From contig JAJYJM010000001.1 of assembly GCA_021789495.1 (NCBI GenBank), positions 4,018-68,017 of the forward strand: a stretch of 64,000 nt of DNA, in the 5' to 3' direction. The translations under genes were made by a program, and so were the position numbers. This document shows positions 24,423-34,646 of the stretch, piece by piece. The stretch comes from Nitrospirota bacterium. GTDB lineage: Bacteria > Nitrospirota > JACRHJ01. A model generated the notes under the pieces. It saw nothing but the letters and a program-made list of their open reading frames with translations. It did no database searches and was not told the DNA's origin. Numbering within the stretch: position 1 is the first letter of the stretch; the number at the start of each line of letters is the position of its first letter.

Positions 24423-25390
24423 AGGGAAACAGGAGGTTTCGTTTTCAGCGCAAGTCCCGCCGCGCCGAGGATTCCGGCGTCGTCTTTGAGTTTTCCCCGG
24501 ACTATTCTGCACCGTTGCGCCGGTATTTTGAACGCCCTGGCCTGGACTTCCTCCCTGAGCGGCCCGATGAAAAGCTCCCATGCTCCGGACATCCCGCCCC
24601 CGATTACAACACACTCCATATTAAGAAGGTCAATTAGGTCGGCAATGGCGATACCAAGGTATTTACCGGCCTCCGAATAAATCCGCGCCGCCGCCCTGTC
24701 GCCTTTTTTCGCTGCATCCGCAATGGCTTCCGGCGTTAACATGCCGTTTTTCAGCAGGGTTTTCAGGGTGGTTTTCCCGTTCCCTGAGGCCGCGGATTCC
24801 GCCATTTCCATAACCGCCGTGGCCGAGGAATACCTCTCCAGGCACCCCCGGTTCCCGCACGGGCAGAGCGGCCCGTCCGGGTTTACGGTGATATGCCCGA
24901 CCTCTCCGGCCATGCCGTCCGCGCCCCGCCAGATGCCCCCGTCCAGAATTATACCCCCGCCGACCCCGGTGCCAAGTGTAATGCAGACCATGCTTTTTGC
25001 GCCCTTCCCGGCGCCGAACCAGTACTCGCCCAAGGCATAAGCGTTTGCGTCGTTTTCCACGTATACGGGGTATTGGAAGTTTTCGCTTAAGTGCGAGCGG
25101 AGCGGCACATCCCGCCAGCCTGGCAGGTTCGGGGAAAGCCGCACGATGCCATCCCTGGCCGATGTTATACCGGGGACTCCTATGCCGATTCCGGCCACTT
25201 CCAGCCCCATCGATTCCGCCTTCATGGCAAGCGTCCGGATGCCGCTCGTCAGCCTCTCAAGGACAATCTCCACCCCCTCCGTGGCCATTGTCCCGGTGAG
25301 ACGGCGCGAGATTATCTTTTCGTCCTCGCTCACCAGCCCGAAACGCAGGTTCGTGCCTCCGAGATCGACCCCTATGGCGGCTCTCTGCAA
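24419..25390 (-). CDS. glk: ROK family glucokinase
   Basis: GVDLGGT, ENDANA, TLGTGVGGG, GEVGH, CPCGNRGCLE. Confidence 0.85.
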   Translation of the reverse strand: MQRAAIGVDLGGTNLRFGLVSEDEKIISRRLTGTMATEGVEIVLERLTSGIRTLAMKAESMGLEVAGIGIGVPGITSARDGIVRLSPNLPGWRDVPLRSHLSENFQYPVYVENDANAYALGEYWFGAGKGAKSMVCITLGTGVGGGIILDGGIWRGADGMAGEVGHITVNPDGPLCPCGNRGCLERYSSATAVMEMAESAASGNGKTTLKTLLKNGMLTPEAIADAAKKGDRAAARIYSEAGKYLGIAIADLIDLLNMECVVIGGGMSGAWELFIGPLREEVQARAFKIPAQRCRIVRGKLKDDAGILGAAGLALKTKPPVSL

Positions 25391-25582
25391 CGGATTTTCT
25401 CCTTTAGGTTTGATTAACGAAAATAATAATTCCTCCGGCGCTTTTTGTCCACGATAAATTCAAGGAACCGTCCTTATAATAATAAATTTTCGCAACCTTG
25501 TATGCAAGGCTTGAAATTATTGAAGAAAAATAAATGTAAATTACCTTGAAATTTTTTCTTATACGTGGTATGTTTTTAAAGA

Positions 25583-27085
25583 ATGTGTTTTTCTAATCCG
25601 GATTCGGCCTTCAACCGAGTACTACTTATCCAGCCGCCTTTCTCAAGATGGCCTGGAGAAGCGAAAGTCGTGCAGCCGCCGCTTGGGCTTGCATACATCG
25701 CAGCCGTTCTTGAAAAGGACGGGTACACGGTCAAGATCATCGATGCGCCATTGGAAGGGTACGAAGAGGAAATAAAATTTTCTGATGGCAGACACAGATA
25801 CGGGCTGAGCTATGAGGAAATACTCAAGAGGGTTAAGGAATTCAGACCGGACATCATAGGCATATCCTGCTCTTTTTCGACCCTTTTTTACACGGTCTGC
25901 GAGTTAAGCCGCGAGATAAAGAAATTCGACAAGAGCATAAAGATATGCGTTGGCGGGGCACACCCGACATCTGTCCCGGAAGAGGTGCTTGAACGGGAGG
26001 AGATAGATTTCGTCATCATAGGTGAGGGCGAGGCCAGGTTCAGCCAGCTTCTTGCGGCCCTGTCGGCGGGAGAATCCCTTTCCGCGATTGACGGCCTGGG
26101 ATACAGGCAGGGTAACAAGGTTTTGATTAACCCGCCAGTGAACTACATCCGGGACCTCGATGAAATACCGTTCCCGGCGCGGCATCTGCTCGACATGGAA
26201 AAGTATCTCCGGATCAACAAGCCGCACGGGGTCTCGACGAAGGGTGACCGCGCGACGACCATCATAACGTCGCGCGGCTGTCCGGCGAACTGCATATTCT
26301 GCTCGATTCACGGCATCTGGGGCAGGAAGTTCAGGGTCAGGTCTCCTGAAAACGTTATAAAGGAAATAGAACTCTTGAAAACGCAGTACGGCATAGACGA
26401 GATCCTCTTCGAGGACGACAACCTTACCTTTGATAACAAACGGGCCGAGAAGATATTCGACCTTATGATCGACAAGGGCTTCAACCTGCACTGGAAAACC
26501 CCCAACGGCGTGGCGCTGTGGCGGCTTACTGAAACCTTGATTGCCAAGATGAGGAAAAGCGGGTGCTACCATCTGGCCTTTGCCATCGAGTCAGGAAACG
26601 ACCATGTGCTCCACGGGATAATCAAGAAACCGCTCAACCTTAAGAAGGTCAAAACTCTTATCGATGCGGCTAAGAGGTGCGGAATAATAGCTGAGGGCTT
26701 CTTTGTGCTGGGATTTCCGGGTGAGACCTTCGAGCAGATGAAAGAGACGTTCAAATATGCCCTGCATCTAGGGCTCGACAAGGCTAACTTCATGATAGCA
26801 ACGCCTTATCCGGGCACACGGCTGTATGAGGTCTGCGTCAAGGACGGCTATCTCGCCGACGGTTTCGACTACAAGGACCTGATTACGAGAAGGGCCAGCA
26901 TCAAGACTCCGGACTTTACGCCCGCGCAGGTGGAAAGATTCGTCTCCAGGTTGATTCTGAGTTTTCAGGCACACAGGATAATAAAAAACCCATTCGGAGC
27001 GTTTCGCATATTAACTACCAGGTTCATGTCCGACCCGATAACCATGTTCAAGTGGCTATTGGAAAGGGTAACGGAAGCCTGTTAA
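25583..27085 (+). CDS. Cobalamin-binding radical SAM protein
   Basis: PPLGLAYIA, GGAHPT, IGEGE, SRGCPANCIFC, EDDNL, PYPGT. Confidence 0.88.
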   Translation: MCFSNPDSAFNRVLLIQPPFSRWPGEAKVVQPPLGLAYIAAVLEKDGYTVKIIDAPLEGYEEEIKFSDGRHRYGLSYEEILKRVKEFRPDIIGISCSFSTLFYTVCELSREIKKFDKSIKICVGGAHPTSVPEEVLEREEIDFVIIGEGEARFSQLLAALSAGESLSAIDGLGYRQGNKVLINPPVNYIRDLDEIPFPARHLLDMEKYLRINKPHGVSTKGDRATTIITSRGCPANCIFCSIHGIWGRKFRVRSPENVIKEIELLKTQYGIDEILFEDDNLTFDNKRAEKIFDLMIDKGFNLHWKTPNGVALWRLTETLIAKMRKSGCYHLAFAIESGNDHVLHGIIKKPLNLKKVKTLIDAAKRCGIIAEGFFVLGFPGETFEQMKETFKYALHLGLDKANFMIATPYPGTRLYEVCVKDGYLADGFDYKDLITRRASIKTPDFTPAQVERFVSRLILSFQAHRIIKNPFGAFRILTTRFMSDPITMFKWLLERVTEAC

Positions 27086-27175
27086 ATGGGGGACGCGCAG
27101 AAACGACGGTTAAAACAAACCGGCAAAAGCTGCGCTTACAAGTTGAATCCAGCCAATAACAACGGGACATCTGCC

Positions 27176-27577
27176 ATGAAAAACGTAGATGGTGTCAAGT
27201 ACAGAATGACCAAACAGAAGAGGGTTATCCTCGAAGTTCTGAAGAACACGAAGTCCCATCCGACGGCTGACTGGGTATACGACAGGGTGCGTAAAAAAAT
27301 ACCCAATATCAGCCTCGGCACGGTGTACAGGAACCTCAATATTCTGAAAAACCAGGGAGAGATACTCGAGCTGTCCTACGGCAAAGGTTTCAGCCGGTTC
27401 GACGGCAATGCGTCGAGGCATTACCACTTCACCTGCGAGCACTGCGGCAGGATACTCGACATCGAGACCCCGGAATTTATAGAGATGGAGCATGAGGTCG
27501 CCAGACGGATGGGCGTAAAAGTGGCGCGGCATCGCCTTGAATTCTACGGCTCCTGCCCGGACTGCATGACCGACTGA
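27176..27577 (+). CDS. Fur-family regulator (PerR-like)
   Basis: MTKQKRVIL, HPTADWVY, SLGTVYRNL, HYHFTCEHCG, FYGSCPDC. Confidence 0.88.
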   Translation: MKNVDGVKYRMTKQKRVILEVLKNTKSHPTADWVYDRVRKKIPNISLGTVYRNLNILKNQGEILELSYGKGFSRFDGNASRHYHFTCEHCGRILDIETPEFIEMEHEVARRMGVKVARHRLEFYGSCPDCMTD

Positions 27578-27600
27578 TATATCCTTACTTACGGCACCGG

Positions 27601-28095
27601 ATGACTCAATCACTCAAGCTCGAAGAATCTTTTTTGAAGATAGCCTCGGATGAGGCGCTTCCCTTAAGACTTACCCTCGCCAACCGCGAAAGGCTGACCG
27701 GCGTGGTAAAATCGGTCGGGAAATACGACCTGACGCTCGAATCCGAAGGGCGCGTAGTCGCGCTTATGAAAAAGGAAGTCTTCCAGGCGATTCCCCCGCG
27801 CGACATCCTCGATGAATCCTTCTTCAAAGCCCCGATGGACGAAGAGCAGTTTCCGCAGAAATCCCGCGTGCAGGACGAGTTCCTGAGCCGCTTTGTAAAG
27901 GAGCGGACTCTCGCCCTCCTGCGGCTCATAAACGGCGAAGAAATCCGGGGCGTCATAGACGGCTACGACGGCTTCACCATCTCCATAAGGACCGGCAGGG
28001 GCCAGGCTATGATATACAAGCACGGTATATGCAGCATCAGCCCCGGTTACAGGCGGCGGCAGACCGGCAGCCCGGCTTCAGTCGAGGGAAAATGA
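27601..28095 (+). CDS. hfq: Tandem (two-domain) Hfq-like RNA chaperone
   Basis: Domain 2: VQDEFL...LINGEEIRGVIDGYDGFTI...AMIYKHGICSISP; domain 1 is a degenerate copy: LEESFL...LANRERLTGVVKSVGKYDL. Confidence 0.8.
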   Translation: MTQSLKLEESFLKIASDEALPLRLTLANRERLTGVVKSVGKYDLTLESEGRVVALMKKEVFQAIPPRDILDESFFKAPMDEEQFPQKSRVQDEFLSRFVKERTLALLRLINGEEIRGVIDGYDGFTISIRTGRGQAMIYKHGICSISPGYRRRQTGSPASVEGK

Positions 28096-28493
28096 ACGGC
28101 AATCCGTTTGACGATACGCTCGAAGAGTTTTATTCCAGGGGAACGGAGGCCGCTTTTGTCCTGAAAGACGGCTCCCGGCTCACAGGCAGGATAAAGCGGT
28201 TCGACGGCTATGTCGTTTTCCTTGAAAACGGCGCCGAGATGATGGTATATCGCCATTCAATCCTGAAACTCTCCGAAGCCGCGGCGCAGGATCGCGCCGA
28301 GACTCAGACGCGCCCGTTATCCGAACCCAAGACGGCTCCAGCGCCGAAATCCCGCCCGAAAACCCTTCCGCGCCCCAAAAGACCGCCCAGAAAGGAACAG
28401 TCTTTTTCCGTCCAGCAGAAGGAGCCGGGGGCTGTTTCCAGGATGGGGGAAGAGCTCCTGAAGTGGCTTAAAAACCAGAAGGGCAATGAGTAA
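28092..28493 (+). CDS. Hfq-like protein with Pro/Lys-rich C-terminal tail
   Basis: LKDGSRLTGRIKRFDGYVVFLE...MMVYRHSI Sm1/Sm2 motifs; ATGA overlap with upstream gene. Confidence 0.75.
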   Translation: MNGNPFDDTLEEFYSRGTEAAFVLKDGSRLTGRIKRFDGYVVFLENGAEMMVYRHSILKLSEAAAQDRAETQTRPLSEPKTAPAPKSRPKTLPRPKRPPRKEQSFSVQQKEPGAVSRMGEELLKWLKNQKGNE

Positions 28494-30021
28494 CATTTCC
28501 CTGTTTTTCCTCCCCGTTATCTCCGGCATCCTCCTCGCGCTGTCCTTCCCGAAGCCGGACATGTCCGCCCTGGCATGGGTCGCGCTCGTCCCGCTCCTTT
28601 ACTCGATACGGGAAAAAACGCCCCGGCAATCCTTCAAAGAGGGCTTCGCCGCCGGAATAGTCTTTTATACCGTTTCCCTGAAATGGGTTCTTATAGTCAT
28701 GCGGCAGTACGGGGGGCTTGGTTTAATCCCAAGCTTTTTCCTGCTCATCGCGCTCTCGGCCTATCTCGCCCTTTATGTCGGCGCGTTCGCGTGGCTGTAT
28801 GCAAAGGCGCGCGCATATGCCGGGCAGGCGGCGCTCTTCCCGGCCCCTGCGTTCTGGGCGGCGTTGGAACTGCTGCGGAATTACGCCATCTCCGGCTTCC
28901 CCTGGAACCTGCTCGGATATTCCCAGCACAATAACCTGCCCATGATACAGATTGCCGACATTACCGGCGTTTACGGCGTGTCCGCCTTGATTGTCCTTGT
29001 AAACGCGGCGATTGCCGAACTTGTGGCCATAATGGCCCGCAGGGAATATGCAAACTACAGAAAATATATTATGCCCATCATAGCCTCGGCGGTTTTTGCG
29101 GCATGCGCTTTATATGGAAATTACCGCCTTGCGAACCTCCCGCGTCCTTACGGCTCCATGAGGATAACCCTCGTCCAGGGGGATATTGACCAGTTTCATA
29201 AATGGAACCCGGCCTTTCAGGACAAGGTATTCGATATTTACAAGAACCTTACGGCCGAAGCCGCCGCGCAGAAAAACCGTCCGGACCTGATAATCTGGCC
29301 TGAGACGGCCACTCCGTTCTGCTTTCAGGACAGCGGCATGGAGGCGCAGCTTAAAGACGCGGTAAGGAAGGCGGATACATGGCTTCTGACCGGCAGCCCG
29401 TCGATTGAGGAAAAGAACGGCGACGACATAGAATACAACAGCGCGTATCTGCTTGACCCGTCGGGCCGGGAGGCCGGTCGCTACGACAAGACCCATCTTG
29501 TCCCATTCGGGGAATATGTGCCGATGCAGACCTTCCTGCCGTTCGTGAACAAGATGGTTCACGGCATAGGCGACTTCGGCGCAGGCACGGAATATACCGT
29601 TATGCGCACCGACAAGGGCGCTTTCGGGACGGCTATATGTTTCGAGGTGATATTCCCGGAGCTTGTCCGAAAGTTCGCGCTTAACGGCGCTACTTTTCTC
29701 GCCACCATAACAAACGACGCGTGGTTCGGGAACTCCGGCGCGCCGTATCAGCATTTCGACATGGCGGTCTTCCGGGCGGTGGAGAACAGGAGGGCGATGG
29801 TGCGCGCCGCCAATACGGGTATCTCCGGAATTATCCTGCCGTCGGGAAGGGTATCCGCCGAAACGGAAATCTTCACGCGCGGCGAGATAACGGGAAATAT
29901 CCCACTGATGGATAAAATGACATTCTACACCCGGCACGGGGACGTTTTCGCCTATTTATGCTCTGGAATAACAGCGCTCTTTATTGGTATAATCCTATCC
30001 AGGAGGTTTATAAAGACATGA
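28486..30021 (+). CDS. lnt: Apolipoprotein N-acyltransferase
   Basis: GFPWNLLGYSQ, IWPETA, YDKTHLVPFGEY, ICFEVIF, RAANTGIS. Confidence 0.95.
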   Translation: MSNISLFFLPVISGILLALSFPKPDMSALAWVALVPLLYSIREKTPRQSFKEGFAAGIVFYTVSLKWVLIVMRQYGGLGLIPSFFLLIALSAYLALYVGAFAWLYAKARAYAGQAALFPAPAFWAALELLRNYAISGFPWNLLGYSQHNNLPMIQIADITGVYGVSALIVLVNAAIAELVAIMARREYANYRKYIMPIIASAVFAACALYGNYRLANLPRPYGSMRITLVQGDIDQFHKWNPAFQDKVFDIYKNLTAEAAAQKNRPDLIIWPETATPFCFQDSGMEAQLKDAVRKADTWLLTGSPSIEEKNGDDIEYNSAYLLDPSGREAGRYDKTHLVPFGEYVPMQTFLPFVNKMVHGIGDFGAGTEYTVMRTDKGAFGTAICFEVIFPELVRKFALNGATFLATITNDAWFGNSGAPYQHFDMAVFRAVENRRAMVRAANTGISGIILPSGRVSAETEIFTRGEITGNIPLMDKMTFYTRHGDVFAYLCSGITALFIGIILSRRFIKT

Positions 30022-31155
30022 TAACGATGGAAGAGGTTCAGCGGGAGCTGGCTCGCCTCCAGGACAGGGTCTCGGCCCTGGGGAGGCATCTTTGACATAC
30101 CGGCCAAGGAGAGGCGCGTCCGGGAGATAAACGCACTTATGGAGGCGCAGGGGTTCTGGGAAAACGCCGAGGCCGCGCAGTCGCTCATGAAGGAGAAGAC
30201 CGCGCTCCAGAACTCCATAGCGTCATGGGAATCCCTGAGCAAGGCGTCCGAAGACCTGTCGGTCATGCTGGAGCTTTCCTCTGAGGAAGGTGGCGAAGCC
30301 CTGGTTTCGGATATAGATGCGGGGATGCAAAAACTCGCCCATGACGTGGACTCGGCGGAACTTGAGCTTATGCTCTCAGGCGAAAACGACAGGCTGAACG
30401 CCATCCTCACAATCCATCCCGGCGCGGGCGGCACGGAATCCCAGGACTGGGCGGAAATGCTCCTTCGGATGTACCTGCGGTGGGCGGAGCGGAGCGGCTT
30501 CAGGACGGACATCATAGACTCGCTGCCCGGCGAAGAGGCTGGCATCAAGAGCGTGACGGTCGAGGTAATCGGCAAAAACGCGTTCGGCTATTTGAAGGCC
30601 GAGGCCGGAGTCCACAGGCTGGTAAGGATTTCCCCCTTCGACGCCAACAAGAGAAGGCACACGAGCTTCGCGTCCGTCTTCGTATATCCGGAGGTCGAGG
30701 ACGACGTAAAGATAGAGATAGACGAAAAGGACCTGCGGATAGACACCTACCGCTCCTCCGGCGCGGGCGGCCAGCACGTAAACAAGACCTCCTCCGCAAT
30801 ACGCATCACGCACATCCCGACGAACATTGTCGTGCAGTGCCAGGACGAGCGTTCGCAGTTCAAGAACAAGGACAAGGCGTTCAAGGTCCTGCGCTCCCGC
30901 CTCTACGACCTGGAGGTGAAGAAGAAGGAAGAGGAGCGCGATAAAATTAACAGCACGAAAAAGGACATCACCTGGGGAAGCCAGATACGCTCCTACGTCT
31001 TCATGCCCTACCAGATGGTAAAAGACCACAGGACGGGCCACGAGGTCGGCAATATAGGCGCCGTCATGGACGGAGACATAGACGGCTTCATCGAGGCGTA
31101 TCTCCTGGGCAAGCGCGCCCAGCCGGGTGAGGAAAACGCCGATAAACTATCATAA
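30018..31155 (+). CDS. prfB: Peptide chain release factor 2 (programmed +1 frameshift)
   Basis: ATG at 30018, 25 codons to CTT TGA C (30090-30096) preceded by GGGAGG; +1 frame holds SPF and GGQ motifs. Confidence 0.96.
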
Positions 31156-31175
31156 CTCCCCCGATAAAGGAAGGT

Positions 31176-31202
31176 CGTCATTCTGAACGAAGTGAAGAAT
31201 CC
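31176..31202 (+). repeat. GTCATT-type REP-like element overlapping the putative ogg start
   Basis: CGTCATTCTGAACGAAGTGAAGAATCC; similar to 50761-50787. Confidence 0.65.
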
Positions 31203-31845
31203 GCCCTTAGTTATTGACGAGCTTTTGCGACATTACAAGTCACGCAAAGCCGAAATACGCGCCCGCCTCGCCGAGTTCAAGGAAACATGGCGGCAGGGAG
31301 ACCTTGCGATATTCAAGGAACTCTGCTTCTGTATCCTGACGGCGAACACCTCCGCGAGGATGGGCATCACCTGCATCGAGGCTGCGGACGACGACATTCT
31401 GACCGCCGACGCCGAAGGCATACGGAATATCCTCTGCGGCAGATACCGCTTCTGGAAGACCCGTCCGAATTATATTGTGCATACGCGGGAATACTTAAAA
31501 AGCGAGTGCGGCCTTAAAATCAAGAGGCAAATCGAATCCCTGTCAGACTTTCACGAGCGCCGCGATTTCTTCGCCGACAACCCCGGCGTCAAGGGCCTGG
31601 GCTACAAAGAAGCGAGCCACTTCCTGCGGAACATCGGTTTTGAAGGCTACGCAATCCTCGACATACACGTAGTCCGCCTGCTGCACGAACTGGGCGTGCT
31701 CCCGGAGGCGAGACGCCCGGCGAACAGGAAGCAGTATGTCTTCATGGAAGAGAGGATGCGCGAGTTTTCAAAGGACATCAAAATCGGGATGGATGACCTC
31801 GACCTCGCACTATGGAGCTACAGGACGGGGGAAATACTGAAGTAG
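31192..31845 (+). CDS. ogg: 8-oxoguanine N-glycosylase/DNA lyase (Ogg2, archaeal/Thermotoga type)
   Basis: ELCFCILTAN, KGLGYKEASHFLRNIG, AILDIHV, C-terminal GEILK. Confidence 0.88.
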   Translation: MKNPPLVIDELLRHYKSRKAEIRARLAEFKETWRQGDLAIFKELCFCILTANTSARMGITCIEAADDDILTADAEGIRNILCGRYRFWKTRPNYIVHTREYLKSECGLKIKRQIESLSDFHERRDFFADNPGVKGLGYKEASHFLRNIGFEGYAILDIHVVRLLHELGVLPEARRPANRKQYVFMEERMREFSKDIKIGMDDLDLALWSYRTGEILK

Positions 31846-31859
31846 CCGCCTTTATTCCC

Positions 31860-31888
31860 TTGACCTGCCTGCAATTTCTTTCTATAAT
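31860..31888 (+). promoter_or_regulatory. Sigma70-type promoter of lysS
   Basis: TTGACC-17 nt-TATAAT. Confidence 0.75.
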
Positions 31889-31921
31889 TCCAAGACGTTA
31901 TAATTCACGAGAGGAATAATA

Positions 31922-33406
31922 ATGCTTGAGGACAACGAGCTGATACAGGTACGTAAAAAGAAACTCGAAGAGCTTCACGCGATGGGAATAAACCCTTACG
32001 GGCAGCGCTACGAAGTAAAAGACCACGCTAAGGAACTTCACAACAAATACGGTGAAACCTCCAAGGAAGAACTGGAGAACAACAAAGTCCAGGTAAAAGC
32101 GGCGGGGAGAATAGTCGCACTCAGGAGCTTCGGCAAGGCCGCATTTGCGCACATACTCGACGCGAGCGGCAAGATCCAGATTTACATGAAGCGCGACATG
32201 CTGGGCGAGGAGCAGTTCAAGCTGATGAACCTGCTGGATGTCGGCGACCATATCGGCGTCGAAGGTTTTCTCTTTCGCACGAAGACAAACGAACTGACAA
32301 TAGAGGTGGAGAAGCTTGCGCTTTTGTCCAAATCGCTTCGGCCTCTGCCTGAGAAATGGCACGGCCTGACCGACATCGAGACCCGCTACCGCCAGAGATA
32401 CGTGGACTTAATCGTAAACCCGGAAGTCCGCGATACGTTTGTCACGCGCAACAGGATAATAAAAGCGATACGCGCGTTTCTGGAAGGGCTGGGGTTCCTT
32501 GAAGTCGAGACGCCGATGATGCAGAGAATTCCAGGCGGTGCGACCGCAAGGCCGTTCATCACGCACCACAACGCGCTGGACATGGATTTATACTTGCGTA
32601 TCGCACCGGAACTTTATTTGAAGCGCCTCATCGTAGGCGGCCTTGAAAGGGTATTCGAGCTTAACAGGAACTTCAGGAACGAGGGCATCTCCATAAAACA
32701 CAATCCTGAATTCACGATGCTCGAATTTTATATGGCATATGCGGACTACCGCGTCCTTATGGACCTGACAGAGGAACTGTTTGCCCATACCGCCCAGGAT
32801 ATGAAAGGAAGCCTGAAGTTTACATATCAGGGCGACGAAATAGATCTGACTCCTCCCTGGCCGCGCATGAGTATGGAAGAGGCCATTGTAAAATTCGCGG
32901 GAGCTCCCGCCGGGGATTTAGGCGACCTTGAGAGCGCGCGGCAGTTCGCAAAGAAAAATAACGTGCCGCTCGAAGACGACCTCTCTCTTGCGAAAGTGGT
33001 CAACGAGATATTCGAGAAAACAACTGAATTTAAGATAATGAACCCGGTGTTTATCACCGACTATCCAGTCGAACTATCCCCGCTCTCGCGCAGGAATGAC
33101 AAGAATCCGGACATGGTAGACCGCTTCGAGCTTATAATCGCAGGTCGGGAAATGGCGAACGCGTTCTCCGAACTTAACGACCCTCAGGATCAGCTATCGC
33201 GCTTTCAGGATCAGGTCGCTCAACGTGAAAAAGGAGACCAGGAAGCGCAATTCATGGACGAGGACTATATTCGCGCGTTAGAATACGGTATGCCTCCGAC
33301 TGCCGGAGAGGGAATAGGAATCGACCGCCTCGTGATGCTGATGACTGACTCGCCGTCAATTCGTGATGTAATCCTTTTTCCGCAGCTTCGGAAAGAGCAG
33401 CCTTAG
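31922..33406 (+). CDS. lysS: Lysine--tRNA ligase (class II)
   Basis: RYRQRYVDL, LRIAPELYLKRL, FRNEG, GMPPTAGEGIGIDRL. Confidence 0.97.
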   Translation: MLEDNELIQVRKKKLEELHAMGINPYGQRYEVKDHAKELHNKYGETSKEELENNKVQVKAAGRIVALRSFGKAAFAHILDASGKIQIYMKRDMLGEEQFKLMNLLDVGDHIGVEGFLFRTKTNELTIEVEKLALLSKSLRPLPEKWHGLTDIETRYRQRYVDLIVNPEVRDTFVTRNRIIKAIRAFLEGLGFLEVETPMMQRIPGGATARPFITHHNALDMDLYLRIAPELYLKRLIVGGLERVFELNRNFRNEGISIKHNPEFTMLEFYMAYADYRVLMDLTEELFAHTAQDMKGSLKFTYQGDEIDLTPPWPRMSMEEAIVKFAGAPAGDLGDLESARQFAKKNNVPLEDDLSLAKVVNEIFEKTTEFKIMNPVFITDYPVELSPLSRRNDKNPDMVDRFELIIAGREMANAFSELNDPQDQLSRFQDQVAQREKGDQEAQFMDEDYIRALEYGMPPTAGEGIGIDRLVMLMTDSPSIRDVILFPQLRKEQP

Positions 33407-34633
33407 ATGTCTTACTCCTCTTTTATCGCGCTCCGCTACTTGAAAGGCAAGCACAAGCGCGCGCCTATCTCGCTCAATACCATCATCTCCATCGGCGGCG
33501 TGGCGCTTGGCGTTATGACGCTTATCGTCGTGCTTTCCGTGATGAGCGGGTTCGAGAACGACCTGGAAAGCAAAATCCTCGGCACCAACTCCCCCATTAT
33601 AGTAACGTCATTCTACGACAAGGGCATAGCGGATTACGGCGTCCAGATGAAGAAGCTACAGGCGATCCCTCACGTTGTCTCCGTCGCTCCGTTTACATAC
33701 AGCGAGGTCATGCTCACATCTCCCAACAGCGTCTCCGGGATAATCCTGAAAGGTGTTGACCCCTCGTCCATAGGAAAGGTTACAAAGCTCTCGAAGACAA
33801 TGGTCTCCGGGAGCATATCTGGTCTCTCAGCGCCCGGTTCCGCGCCTGGAATACTTCTTGGGCGGGAATTGGCTGTCAACCTCGACGTGCGGATGGGAGA
33901 CAAGGTGCGGGTGGTATCTCCGTTCGGCACCATAACCCCGCTCGGCCCGGCGCCGAAGTTCAAGGAATTCACAGTCCGCGGGATTTTCGACACCGGCATG
34001 TACGAATACGACTCCAAGCTTGCGTACATATCCATCCCGGAGGCGCAGAAATTCTTCGGATTCGGAGATTCCATCACGGGCTTCGAGGTGCGGATAGACG
34101 ACCTTGGCAGAGCCGCGCCATTGGCCAAAACGATACAGAAACGCCTCGGCTTTCCGTTTCGCGCGCAGGACTGGATACAGATGAACCGGAGCCTTTTCTC
34201 CGCGCTGAAGCTTGAGAAGATTACCATGTTCGTCATACTCGTGCTTATCATCATAGTCGCGTCTTTCAACATCGTCAGCACGCTCATAATGATAGTCATG
34301 GACAAGGCGAGAGAGATTGCGATACTCAAGTCAATGGGTGCGACAAATAGAGGCATAATGAAAATATTCATGATAAACGGCACGATTATCGGACTCGTCG
34401 GGACGTTCATCGGGCTTGCGGGCGGGCTTGGGATATGTCTTATCGTAGAGAAAACACATCTGATAACGCTCCCCAGCGATATTTATTACATCAACCATCT
34501 GCCCGTAAGGATGGACCCTGTCGAGATAATAGTCGTGTGCGCTTCCGCCATAATAATCAGTTTCGGGGCGACGCTTTATCCGTCCCGGCAGGCGGCGAAG
34601 CTCGACCCGCTTGAGGCCCTCAGGTACGAATAA
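33407..34633 (+). CDS. lolE: Lipoprotein-releasing ABC transporter permease (LolC/E/F)
   Basis: GVALGV..LIVVLSVMSGF, GMYEYD, IAILKSMGA, ATLYPSRQAAKLDPLEALRYE. Confidence 0.9.
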   Translation: MSYSSFIALRYLKGKHKRAPISLNTIISIGGVALGVMTLIVVLSVMSGFENDLESKILGTNSPIIVTSFYDKGIADYGVQMKKLQAIPHVVSVAPFTYSEVMLTSPNSVSGIILKGVDPSSIGKVTKLSKTMVSGSISGLSAPGSAPGILLGRELAVNLDVRMGDKVRVVSPFGTITPLGPAPKFKEFTVRGIFDTGMYEYDSKLAYISIPEAQKFFGFGDSITGFEVRIDDLGRAAPLAKTIQKRLGFPFRAQDWIQMNRSLFSALKLEKITMFVILVLIIIVASFNIVSTLIMIVMDKAREIAILKSMGATNRGIMKIFMINGTIIGLVGTFIGLAGGLGICLIVEKTHLITLPSDIYYINHLPVRMDPVEIIVVCASAIIISFGATLYPSRQAAKLDPLEALRYE

Positions 34634-34646
34634 AGGAGGTAATGGC

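Noticed and set aside
25473..25490. PerR/Fur box (TTATAATAATAAATT)
   Set aside because: Only one half-site matches; more simply explained as the -10 element of the glk promoter
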